A stretch of DNA of 64,000 nt. It comes from a bacterium. Its GTDB lineage: Bacteria; Electryoneota; JAOADG01. Shown here in pieces: positions 37,781 to 46,665 of this stretch. The stretch is from positions 1,440,001-1,504,000 of the forward strand of contig OY820579.1 of assembly GCA_963681965.1 (NCBI GenBank), read 5' to 3'. Within the stretch, counting starts at the first letter, position 1; each line of letters begins with the position of its first letter. Below the pieces are notes generated by a model. It was not told the DNA's origin and ran no database searches. It saw nothing but the letters and a program-made list of their open reading frames with translations. The translations under genes were made by a program, and so were the position numbers.

Positions 37781-39106
37781 ATGGGAATGCGAATCAAGAA
37801 ATTTGTCGCTAGCACGATTAACGAAGCCATGGCGATGGTTCGCAAAGAACTCGGCGAGGATGCGGTCGTCCTCAAAACCGAGAAATTGGAGCATAAATCT
37901 CATCTCGGTCTCCGTAGTAAAACCGAATTTGAAATTACCGCAGCGACTCATGACAACTCGTTACCACCATTAATTGATCGAATGACCCGAAATGCGCAAC
38001 AAGTTCAGGAGCATATTCGCAACCGACCGACTTTGACTGCGACAGGAGAACCCCGATTGACACTGGATCCTGCCAAAGGTAAACCAAGTTCAGGCGTCGC
38101 ACCTCTCAATCAGCCTTATGCATCGGTTGCCGAACATCAAACGGTGAGAACTCTGAAAGCCGAACTGGAAAGTCTGAAGGGAACCGTCCGTGAACTCTCC
38201 GATCAACTTCGCGCAGCTCGGTTACCCGATGTGCCACCGATGCTTGCGGAGATTATTGGTGCGCTGGACGAATCCGGATTGGAAGATCCGGAACGTACTG
38301 AACTAATTATCGAATGCATGCGCAGCAATCCGCATATCGATCGGATGGAGCGCTCGGAACTGATGGGGTGGTGGATTGAGAAACTTGCTACTGCGATGCC
38401 GGTAACACCCGTACCCCAAGATCAAGTAGGACAAGTAGTTTTTGTAATTGGTCCGACTGGTGTAGGTAAAACAACGACTCTGGCAAAACTGGCAACTCAT
38501 CATCGGTTCTGGGGTAAACGAAAGGTGGCTCTCTGCTCGATCGATACCTATCGGGTGGCTGCCATTGAGCAACTTCGGGTCTTTGCCAACATTGCCAACA
38601 TCCCAATGACGACCGCCTTCACTCCAGAAGAATTAAAACAACACGTGACTCGCTTTATAAAGCAGGGTTTTGAAGCGATATTTGTTGATACGCCCGGTCG
38701 GAGTCCAGTCGATGGCTCGGCTCTACCGGACTTAGTCGATTTCTCAAATGCCGTAAATCCTGAAGAAACAATGTTATTGTTATCTGCGTCGAGTGGATTA
38801 TCGGATTTACAGGAGCAATTTAATCGCTATCGCGAATTGCCGGTATCACGAATTATTGCTACTAAGATCGACGAAACCAGCAAACCCGCTCGATGGTATG
38901 GCTTTTGTCGGAGAACTGCACGCTCGATTAGTTATTGGACGGTCGGGCAGAATGTGCCGGATGACATCATGGTTGCCGATCCCCGTTTGTTAGTGCGCGG
39001 AATGTTGCAACCGGATTTGTTCAGCGATTTGAAAGCAGCGCGCTTTAGATTGCACGCAGTCGGCGACGACAATGCCAATCCGCGGGAACGAGAAACAGCA
39101 CGATGA
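37781..39106 (+). CDS. flhF: SRP-family GTPase FlhF
   Basis: VRKELGEDAV, GPTGVGKTTTLAKLA, DTYR, DTPG, TKIDE and GQNVPDD. Confidence 0.95.
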   Translation: MGMRIKKFVASTINEAMAMVRKELGEDAVVLKTEKLEHKSHLGLRSKTEFEITAATHDNSLPPLIDRMTRNAQQVQEHIRNRPTLTATGEPRLTLDPAKGKPSSGVAPLNQPYASVAEHQTVRTLKAELESLKGTVRELSDQLRAARLPDVPPMLAEIIGALDESGLEDPERTELIIECMRSNPHIDRMERSELMGWWIEKLATAMPVTPVPQDQVGQVVFVIGPTGVGKTTTLAKLATHHRFWGKRKVALCSIDTYRVAAIEQLRVFANIANIPMTTAFTPEELKQHVTRFIKQGFEAIFVDTPGRSPVDGSALPDLVDFSNAVNPEETMLLLSASSGLSDLQEQFNRYRELPVSRIIATKIDETSKPARWYGFCRRTARSISYWTVGQNVPDDIMVADPRLLVRGMLQPDLFSDLKAARFRLHAVGDDNANPRERETAR

Positions 39107-39125
39107 AGGTAAGAAAGAGGCTCCG

Positions 39126-39989
39126 GTGAACGATCAAGCCGCAAAACTCCGCGACCAATTTAACACCCCTAACTCCAATCGAGTGGGGGCACGCAAAATT
39201 GCGATTACATCCGGTAAGGGCGGAACGGGTAAATCGAACACCTCAGTCAATCTTGCGATCGCCTTGGCTAAGTTGGGACAAAAAGTAATTTTAATTGATG
39301 CCGATAGTAATCTGGCTAACATTGATATTTTGTTGGGAATTTCTCCGAAATTCAGTCTTCTGGATGCCATTAACGGAACTGCAACGTTAGAACAAGTGGT
39401 GATGGATGGTCCGGCTGGCATCAAAGTTCTTCCCGGAACCTCAGGAATCATCGATCTCGTTGGTAACGACGGTATGATGCGCAACGAGATCATGAATGCG
39501 TTATCGGTATTTGAAAAAGAGATGGATATCATGATCATCGATACCGGCGCCGGAATTAACGAAACGGTGGTTCATTTTGTTTCGGCAGCCGACGAAGCGA
39601 TCATTGTCACTCACCCCGAACCGACAGCGCTTGCCGATGCGTATGCATTGATCAAAATTATCTCGGCACGATCGGTTCGAACACGAGTGTATGTGATGGT
39701 CAATGGTGTTCGACGTCCCTCCGATGGTTATGAAGTCTTTGAACAACTGCAATTGGTCGTTCAGAACTTTCTGAATTTGCAAATTCATTTTCTCGGTAAT
39801 ATTCCATTCGATCAGAATGTTCAAGTTGCCGTGAGTCGCCAGCAACCATACTTATTGCATGCACCGAAAGCCGAAGCTTCGATTGCAATATCGGGTATCG
39901 CGCGGAAATTATTGAAACATCCGCCGATTGCTCCCGATGGTAAGAAGGAAACTTTTTTTAGTCGGATTCTGAAAGCGAACCGGACATGA
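39126..39989 (+). CDS. flhG: MinD-like ATPase FlhG/FleN
   Basis: DQA N-terminal motif, SGKGGTGKS, DTGAG and PEPTALADAY. Confidence 0.95.
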   Translation: MNDQAAKLRDQFNTPNSNRVGARKIAITSGKGGTGKSNTSVNLAIALAKLGQKVILIDADSNLANIDILLGISPKFSLLDAINGTATLEQVVMDGPAGIKVLPGTSGIIDLVGNDGMMRNEIMNALSVFEKEMDIMIIDTGAGINETVVHFVSAADEAIIVTHPEPTALADAYALIKIISARSVRTRVYVMVNGVRRPSDGYEVFEQLQLVVQNFLNLQIHFLGNIPFDQNVQVAVSRQQPYLLHAPKAEASIAISGIARKLLKHPPIAPDGKKETFFSRILKANRT

Positions 39990-40264
39990 AAATCAATGCG
40001 ATCGCTCAGCGGATTTCGATATTAGTCGCGTTATTGGTGATGGTCGTATCGCTACTAGCCCGAAAACCATTGGAAAAAGCCTTGATCGCAATGATCGGGA
40101 CCTGGGTGATCGTATCGATGATTATGTATGTGGTAACGATAGTTACCGGACGTATCGCTACCGATCTACTGATCAAAGAGAAAGAAGAGCGCGAAGCGGA
40201 AGAGAAACGCCTTCAGGAAATGGAAGAATCTTCCAAACAAGGCGAAGCAGTTACGGGAGGATAA
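39986..40264 (+). CDS. Small two-TM hypothetical protein
   Basis: Translationally coupled between flhG and fliA; two hydrophobic segments and a charged tail. Confidence 0.7.
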   Translation: MKINAIAQRISILVALLVMVVSLLARKPLEKALIAMIGTWVIVSMIMYVVTIVTGRIATDLLIKEKEEREAEEKRLQEMEESSKQGEAVTGG

Positions 40265-40267
40265 GCC

Positions 40268-41158
40268 GTGAGAATGACAGATGAAGCACTGACGGCTTGT
40301 TGGATTTCGTACCGGCAAAGTCTAAGTGCGGTTTCGAAAGATCGATTGTTAATTCATTATGTGGAATTAGTACATCAAATTGCCGGTCGGATGAAGATCA
40401 CACTTCCTTCGTCAGTGCAGTTCGACGATTTGACATCCTGCGGAACAATGGGATTGATTCGCGCGATTGAGAATTTTGAACCGGATCGTGGTTTCAAATT
40501 CGAAACCTACGCCTCACAAGTTGTTCGGGGTGCAATGCTTGATGGTTTGCGCGAGTACGATTGGTTACCGCGAACCCAGAGGATTAAAAACCGACGTTTG
40601 GAAAATGCGATTCGGGATTTGGAACAACGGCTTGCACGATCGCCCGATGACGAAGAAATTGCCGCTGAACTTGGGATGACAGACGATCAATACCGGCAGT
40701 TGTTGTCGGAAGCTGGTGCGGGAGCGTTACTTTCTCTGGATAATGAAGTATCGGCATTCGAATCCGATAGTGGTAGTTTTCATGAGGTGATTCCCGATAC
40801 AGAAGCGGATAACCCGCATGAATTGATCGAACAGGCTGAAATCAAACGGATCGCTCGAACGCTCTTGGACGAATTACCCGATCAAGCCCGCAAAGTGATG
40901 GCATTGTACTACTTCGAAGAGTTGACGCTGAAGGAAATTGGTCAATTGCTGGGAATAACCGAATCTCGCGTTTGTCAGATTCACAGTAAAATAATACTTC
41001 AATTGCGTGCTAGACTCCGAAGAGTGTTCGAAGAAGATGCCGACGATCCGGTAACTCCGGCAGCAAGACCTCGGGGACGACCGCGGAAAATTATCGAACC
41101 GCTAATGGAAGTTGCAACTTCAATCTTGGAACGGTCTTCTAAGGATTTGTCGCCGTGA
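40268..41158 (+). CDS. fliA: RNA polymerase sigma factor FliA (sigma28)
   Basis: KFETYA...GAMLDGLREYDWLPR and LYYFEELTLKEIG...ESRVCQIH. Confidence 0.96.
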   Translation: MRMTDEALTACWISYRQSLSAVSKDRLLIHYVELVHQIAGRMKITLPSSVQFDDLTSCGTMGLIRAIENFEPDRGFKFETYASQVVRGAMLDGLREYDWLPRTQRIKNRRLENAIRDLEQRLARSPDDEEIAAELGMTDDQYRQLLSEAGAGALLSLDNEVSAFESDSGSFHEVIPDTEADNPHELIEQAEIKRIARTLLDELPDQARKVMALYYFEELTLKEIGQLLGITESRVCQIHSKIILQLRARLRRVFEEDADDPVTPAARPRGRPRKIIEPLMEVATSILERSSKDLSP

Positions 41159-41478
41159 AGATTGCGATGTTGCAGGATTTTTTTTCGAAGCTGCCGTATC
41201 TCTCGCAATTAAATGCCAAACATGCGGTAGAAGCGATTGCAGCAACCGAACGGCAACTTCGCAATACCGACGAGAAAGCTCGAGTAGCTGCGCAGTTGCA
41301 GTTACAAAATTCGCAATCGTCGATTCAAACCGATACAAATCGTCGACACAGTCGAAAATGGTTTCGCTTCGGTTCCCATGACAACAAACAAGAAGATGAG
41401 TCAACTGCATCCACCGAGCAATCGGCTACCGAACAACCAAACACTCAGAAAGGTGGAAAGGTAGACCGTTACGCATGA
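41155..41478 (+). CDS. Hypothetical protein with C-terminal GxxVDxYA motif
   Basis: GTGA overlap with fliA and ATGA overlap with the next gene; ends KGGKVDRYA. Confidence 0.6.
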   Translation: MKIAMLQDFFSKLPYLSQLNAKHAVEAIAATERQLRNTDEKARVAAQLQLQNSQSSIQTDTNRRHSRKWFRFGSHDNKQEDESTASTEQSATEQPNTQKGGKVDRYA

Positions 41479-42992
41479 AGTCAGCAATGAACATTCGACG
41501 ACTGTTACCAATATTCTGCCTGACAATCGTGATGAGCTTTGTTCCAAAGCTTGTGTTGGCGCTCGCTCCGATCGACCGAGTGGTTCAAATCAATACTAAC
41601 GCGAGCGAGGGATTGGAATTTCGAACCACGGGTACTTTGCTCGTGCAGAAAACCGCTACAGCCGGCGAATATATTTTGACCGGTACTCTTCCAGCAAATG
41701 CAAATACAGCCTATAGTTTTCTCTCCGGTAATTCGGTTACACTCACTCAAGTGTCGAATGGCGTCAAGGTAAAACTTACCGGGCAGACCAAAGGCACCGT
41801 TTCATTGGCGCCATCGAGTCGAGGAATGGTGTTGCGATGGACACCAATCAACGCCAAACCAGATGAACCGGTCGTTTCGGCTGCGAAATCGAATGATCCA
41901 AAAGAACCGAAAAGTAAGAAAGTGTCGGCAACTGATTCGTTGTCGGTGACCATGCAGGCACAGCACTTTATCAATTTGCTCCACAATATTCAACCGACTG
42001 GGATGAAAGAAACCATTCTCGATCAAGGTCGAGAAGCGCTGCAGAAACGCAATTTCGGTCAAGCAATAAAAATCTTTACAGAAGCGAGTAAGGATTCCGG
42101 ATTGGAAACGCAAGCCTTGATGTTGTTAGCGCAAACCTATCAATTAAAAGGTGAAAAGAAGAATTACGAAAAGACTTGGGCGCAGTATCTGGAAGCGGCT
42201 AAACGCAGTTATTCTGGCAGTGGCAAGGATACACTCATTTCCTTATTGAACTTTCATCCACCGGTGATGAGTTCACTTCCACCACTGGAGTTACCGGAGG
42301 GAATGAAAGGATTGAAAGTACCCGGTCAAGAAGAACTCCCTCCTCCAGACACCGTCCAAAAGACCCACTCTCAGGGGAGTGTGGTATCGGAAAATGGATC
42401 CGATAGTGTCGAAAATCGCACAAGTTTCACACCATCTTCGAAAACTGACGCTGCCCATAGTGAGGTGAATAGTCAAGAAACTGCGAATATCCACTACCTG
42501 GATTCACTCAAAAAGATCGCTGAATCCCATTCTGGTTTTCCTTGGATGATTGTCGTCATTACCGCAGTAGTAAGTTTGCTGATTAGCTTCGCAGGTTTCT
42601 ATTTTTGGACGCAACGCAAACCGAAACAAGCAGCGGAAACTTCGATCGAGACATCACCGGAAACACCGCGAGCTGTCCCATCGTTTCTGGCACCACAGGA
42701 AAATCCTGAAACTGTGAAACAACCTGCGGTTCCATCGGGAATGGCGAATGTTGCTTCTTCCTATTCGGCAAATAGTAAATTATCTTCTGATAATAAAACC
42801 GGAGCCAATGAGACTGCGGCAGGTCTTTCCGAAGAAGATGAAGCAGAAGAAGAAGCTGAACTTGAATCGGACGGTAAACGACAGATGATTTACGAACTTG
42901 AAGCTAGTGGTTTATCGATTCGTGAAATAGCGCAGAAAATGGGAATTGGACAAGACGAAGTTAGAACATTTTTAAGTCTTCGAAAGGTGTAG
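41475..42992 (+). CDS. Membrane protein: periplasmic region with TPR-like repeat, one TM, cytoplasmic HTH-like tail
   Basis: Signal peptide; TPR-like GREALQKRNFGQAI...LAQTY; TM WMIVVITAVVSLLISFAGFYFW; tail GLSIREIAQKMGIGQDEV. Confidence 0.7.
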   Translation: MKSAMNIRRLLPIFCLTIVMSFVPKLVLALAPIDRVVQINTNASEGLEFRTTGTLLVQKTATAGEYILTGTLPANANTAYSFLSGNSVTLTQVSNGVKVKLTGQTKGTVSLAPSSRGMVLRWTPINAKPDEPVVSAAKSNDPKEPKSKKVSATDSLSVTMQAQHFINLLHNIQPTGMKETILDQGREALQKRNFGQAIKIFTEASKDSGLETQALMLLAQTYQLKGEKKNYEKTWAQYLEAAKRSYSGSGKDTLISLLNFHPPVMSSLPPLELPEGMKGLKVPGQEELPPPDTVQKTHSQGSVVSENGSDSVENRTSFTPSSKTDAAHSEVNSQETANIHYLDSLKKIAESHSGFPWMIVVITAVVSLLISFAGFYFWTQRKPKQAAETSIETSPETPRAVPSFLAPQENPETVKQPAVPSGMANVASSYSANSKLSSDNKTGANETAAGLSEEDEAEEEAELESDGKRQMIYELEASGLSIREIAQKMGIGQDEVRTFLSLRKV

Positions 42993-43000
42993 GTGATTAG

Positions 43001-43666
43001 ATGATTGAGCCAACAAATCTGAATTATTCCGATTGGCCTCCTGGAGAAGCGCTGGGATTACGTCGGTTGGCACACGACCTAATGACTCCGATTACCGTTT
43101 TAATGGGTAATTTACAACTCTTTTTAATGCGTAAAGATTTGCCACCTCCCGTCGCTGCGAAAATAGAAGACTTGTACAAACAGGCTCAGCACCTGATGAA
43201 AATGGTCCAGGATTCATCGCAACACGCATACGACACAGTATGGTCCGGCACCAGTGGTTCGATTGCCGAACGTTGGGAAGCTGGTAAGGAAGTCGCCAGC
43301 AGCGTATTGACTCGTGCTGGAGTTGCTGTCGACATCATGCAACCAACGCCGACTGTTATTTGGAATGGTGAACCGGAAGCTTGGCGCGAGTGGATGGGTT
43401 CAGTCTTTGCATCGGTTGCCAATCGTATGGAGCGCGGTGGGAAAATCGAATTATCTGCCACTGACCGCGGATGGAAATTAACCGCTTCGCATTTGAATCT
43501 TGAATCCAATAATTTTCCGGAATGGTTAGCCAGTCTGCGAGCAGAGCAAAGTGATATCAATCTTGCCGGCTACCGACGCTACTGCGAATTATTAGTGATC
43601 AACTCTTGTATTCCACAGGTCAACTTGGAAGGAAAGAACTTGACGATCGAGTACAATCTCGGCTAG
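43001..43666 (+). CDS. Degenerate histidine-kinase-like protein (HisKA, no intact ATP-binding boxes)
   Basis: H-box LAHDLMTPITVLMGNLQL and a remnant N-box ANRMERGGKIEL; no DxGxG or GxGLG. Confidence 0.65.
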   Translation: MIEPTNLNYSDWPPGEALGLRRLAHDLMTPITVLMGNLQLFLMRKDLPPPVAAKIEDLYKQAQHLMKMVQDSSQHAYDTVWSGTSGSIAERWEAGKEVASSVLTRAGVAVDIMQPTPTVIWNGEPEAWREWMGSVFASVANRMERGGKIELSATDRGWKLTASHLNLESNNFPEWLASLRAEQSDINLAGYRRYCELLVINSCIPQVNLEGKNLTIEYNLG

Positions 43667-43714
43667 TAACCCTTTCTTTATATTTAAACCGGTTGTCGTA
43701 TTCAAGGAATTGAA

Positions 43715-43733
43715 TACGGCAATCGTTGCCTAT
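43715..43733. promoter_or_regulatory. Candidate enhancer (UAS) for the flgF sigma54 promoter
   Basis: TACGGCA-ATCGT-TGCCTAT; its center is 91 bp upstream of the -24 GG. Confidence 0.6.
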
Positions 43734-43812
43734 AGTAGTCCCTCCATACCTAATATTCCCCCATTATCATCTATAAGTAATTAATTATCAACTCCGCCGA
43801 TGGTGCTCTCGG

Positions 43813-43829
43813 ATGGCACAACCCTTGCT
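43813..43829 (+). promoter_or_regulatory. Sigma54 promoter of the flgF operon
   Basis: ATGGCACAACCCTTGCT, a consensus match. Confidence 0.85.
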
Positions 43830-43858
43830 CACATTTAAGTGGACAATCAGGGTGACTC

Positions 43859-44593
43859 ATGGTTAAAGGGTTTTATGACGCAACTGCAGGATTGCACGCG
43901 AGATCGATCCAACAGGATACAATCTCGAACAATCTTGCCAACGTGAGTACCGAAGGGTATCGCACGCAACGGTTGGCATTTCGCAATCTACTGGATCACA
44001 AATTGGTTGTGGATCGTCCCGGTGGTACAGTCGAGGCTTGGAACAAATTTGAAGAGGGGCGATACGATATCACCCAGCAAGGTCCACTCCGTTCGACCGG
44101 CAATCCACTGGATATCGCAATCGAGGGGGAAGGGTATTTCTCGATCGAGACTGCCGACGGTCCTGCGTATACCCGCAACGGATGTTTTACCCGCGATGTC
44201 AATGGTCGACTTGTCGCCGCTGGTGGCAATCCGGTACGGATGGAAGGCGGTGGCGAACTGCAACTTCCAGCCGGTTCCGAAGTATTGATTGGCAAAGACG
44301 GTACGGTTCGGATCGATGATTCCGTGGTGGGAAAGTTGGAATTAGTGAATTGGCGTGCGGATGCGAAACTGGAGCGCTTGGGTGAGAATTTAATTCGACC
44401 GATTGATGATACTGCTACTACCGGTGGTGTAGCTGTGCAACAAGGGATGTTGGAAGATTCGAATGTGAACTCGATGCGGGAAATGGTGGATATGATCATG
44501 ACGCAGCGAATGTTCGAGTCGTTGTCGAAGTCGTTGACGACGACTGACGACACGCTTCGCGTGGCAATCAACGATATCGGTCGAACACAATAA
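43859..44593 (+). CDS. flgF: Flagellar basal-body rod protein FlgF
   Basis: SNNLANVSTEGY, TGNPLDIAI, YTRNG and LEDSNVN; first gene of the flgF-flgG pair. Confidence 0.9.
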   Translation: MVKGFYDATAGLHARSIQQDTISNNLANVSTEGYRTQRLAFRNLLDHKLVVDRPGGTVEAWNKFEEGRYDITQQGPLRSTGNPLDIAIEGEGYFSIETADGPAYTRNGCFTRDVNGRLVAAGGNPVRMEGGGELQLPAGSEVLIGKDGTVRIDDSVVGKLELVNWRADAKLERLGENLIRPIDDTATTGGVAVQQGMLEDSNVNSMREMVDMIMTQRMFESLSKSLTTTDDTLRVAINDIGRTQ

Positions 44594-44610
44594 GAGGTTA
44601 GGAGTTAGTC

Positions 44611-45399
44611 ATGATTCGGGCATTAAGAACAGCAGCCAGCGGAATGTATGCCGAGCAATTGAAGATTGACACCGTTGCCAATAATCTTGCAAATGTCAAT
44701 ACTGCGGGTTTTAAAAAACAGTCAGTGCAATTTCAGGATTTGATTTATCAATCCACACTCGCTGCTTCAGCGGGTCAAGGCGACGGCACGGTCGCGCCCG
44801 TGCCGATTGCCGTCGGACATGGTGTTCGTCCGATTTCTACCGACCGGATCTTTGCACAAGGGACGCCACAAGAGACGAATAATTCACTCGATGTGATGAT
44901 TGAAGGTACCGGATTCTTTCAGGTTCGTCGGGCTGACGGGCGAATTGCCTACACCCGCGACGGCACCTTCAAGCTGAGTTCCGATGGTGCATTGGTGACT
45001 TCCGGCGGGTATCACCTCGAACCCGATGTTCAAATTCCCGAAGATGCTGCCAGTATTGTGATCGGTCGCGATGGCACGATCGCAGTAACGACTGCCAGCA
45101 ATCCTCAGACACAAACGGTGGGTCAATTCGAATTGGCAAAATTTGTGAATAGTGCCGGATTGAAACCGATTGGACAAAATCTATTCGAAGAATCGGCTGC
45201 CTCGGGTACATCGACGGTAACTTCCCCCGGTAAAGAAGGGAATGGAGAATTAGTGCAGGGTTTTGTCGAGGGATCGAACGTGCAGGTTGTCGAGGAAATG
45301 GTATCGATGATTTTGGCACAACGAGCCTACGAAGCGAATACGAAATCCATTCAAACTGCCGATTCGATGTTGCAATTGGTGAATTCACTGAAACGGTAG
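44611..45399 (+). CDS. flgG: Flagellar distal rod protein FlgG
   Basis: ANNLANVNTAGFKK, FQDLIYQ, YTRDG and AQRAYEAN. Confidence 0.96.
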   Translation: MIRALRTAASGMYAEQLKIDTVANNLANVNTAGFKKQSVQFQDLIYQSTLAASAGQGDGTVAPVPIAVGHGVRPISTDRIFAQGTPQETNNSLDVMIEGTGFFQVRRADGRIAYTRDGTFKLSSDGALVTSGGYHLEPDVQIPEDAASIVIGRDGTIAVTTASNPQTQTVGQFELAKFVNSAGLKPIGQNLFEESAASGTSTVTSPGKEGNGELVQGFVEGSNVQVVEEMVSMILAQRAYEANTKSIQTADSMLQLVNSLKR

Positions 45400-45403
45400 C
45401 GCA

Positions 45404-46075
45404 ATGAAAGCACTCGAGACACTCATTCTAATTATGGTAAATGCACTTTTGCTGCAAGCATCCTCATTGAATTCGGATGTAGTCAAGCAGACGATCGAAC
45501 ATGCATTTTCCTACTCGAATTCCGGGAATGGTGTCACATCGTGGAAACTGATCGAACCGGTTCCGCAACTTCCACTATCCGATAGTGTCACGGCGCTTCC
45601 TACAATCATCCACCACAGTGGAATTCACACAGTCTGGTTACAGACTTGGCGAAAAGGATTGCGCTGCAAGACAGTCGGTGTCAAAGTCGATGTAGTGAAG
45701 CAAGCAAAAGTCGCAGTTGTTAAGAAACCAATTAAGTCGGGTGAACCGTTGTCGGGTGCCTTCGATACAATCCTTAGGGAAATCGGTGTATTGAATGATC
45801 GTGCAATCAAACCGGAAGATGCCAATGGAATGGTCGCTGTTCGCGATATCAATGCGGGTGAAGTCGTACAGGTCGGATGGGCAAAACAACCGTATGCCGT
45901 GCGACGTAACTCGCCAGTAACGGTGCTTTCCGGTGCCGACAATGTCTCCGTACAAGTCGACGGTATCGCTTCGATGGACGGTCGAGTCGGCGATCGCGTG
46001 GCAGTAAAAACGAGTGTTTCGAAGCAGTCGCTATGGGGTCGTGTCGAAGGTCCCGGTGTAGTTCGAGTGCAGTAG
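45404..46075 (+). CDS. flgA: P-ring formation chaperone FlgA
   Basis: Signal peptide, SAF-like domain and VRRNSPV...DGRVGDRVAVK. Confidence 0.88.
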   Translation: MKALETLILIMVNALLLQASSLNSDVVKQTIEHAFSYSNSGNGVTSWKLIEPVPQLPLSDSVTALPTIIHHSGIHTVWLQTWRKGLRCKTVGVKVDVVKQAKVAVVKKPIKSGEPLSGAFDTILREIGVLNDRAIKPEDANGMVAVRDINAGEVVQVGWAKQPYAVRRNSPVTVLSGADNVSVQVDGIASMDGRVGDRVAVKTSVSKQSLWGRVEGPGVVRVQ

Positions 46076-46092
46076 GAAGAAGGAGCATAAAG

Positions 46093-46665
46093 ATGCGTCA
46101 GATCGGTTTAGTATTGCTGTTACTTCCCATGATTGTGCTGGGACAAGGTCGTGCCGATTGGGCAAATGGGTCGCCGTATTCCGACACTCGATCGATGCAA
46201 ATCGGTGGAATCCTGACCGTGATCATCATGGAATTGTCGCAGGCAACGAACGAAGCGGGATCGAACACCAAAGCCGACATTAAAAATAATCTTGCGTTTA
46301 CACCGAGCGGTATGCTTGCAAAATCAATGCAAGGCGCCGGATTCGATCTACCGCTGAAGCACGAGACCAATAACAATGGCGGTACATCGCAACGCGGAAG
46401 TGTAACCGGTAAACTTACAGTTTTCATAAAAGGGGTTGATTCGACTGGGAATTTTATCATTGAGGGAACGCGGACAGTGAATGTAAACGGTGACAAGCAA
46501 ATCATGACATTGACTGGAAAAGTTCGCCCACAGGACATCAATCCCGATAACACCGTTTATAGTTACAATATCGGTAATGCCGATCTCAATGTAACCGGTA
46601 AAGGCATCTCGCATAGTGCATCGCGTCCCGGTTTTCTGTCACGATTATTCGCTTGGATTCTGTAA
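46093..46665 (+). CDS. flgH: Flagellar L-ring protein FlgH
   Basis: IGGILTVII.E, GNFIIEG, G.VRPQDI..DNTV.S and PGFLSRLF. Confidence 0.9.
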   Translation: MRQIGLVLLLLPMIVLGQGRADWANGSPYSDTRSMQIGGILTVIIMELSQATNEAGSNTKADIKNNLAFTPSGMLAKSMQGAGFDLPLKHETNNNGGTSQRGSVTGKLTVFIKGVDSTGNFIIEGTRTVNVNGDKQIMTLTGKVRPQDINPDNTVYSYNIGNADLNVTGKGISHSASRPGFLSRLFAWIL

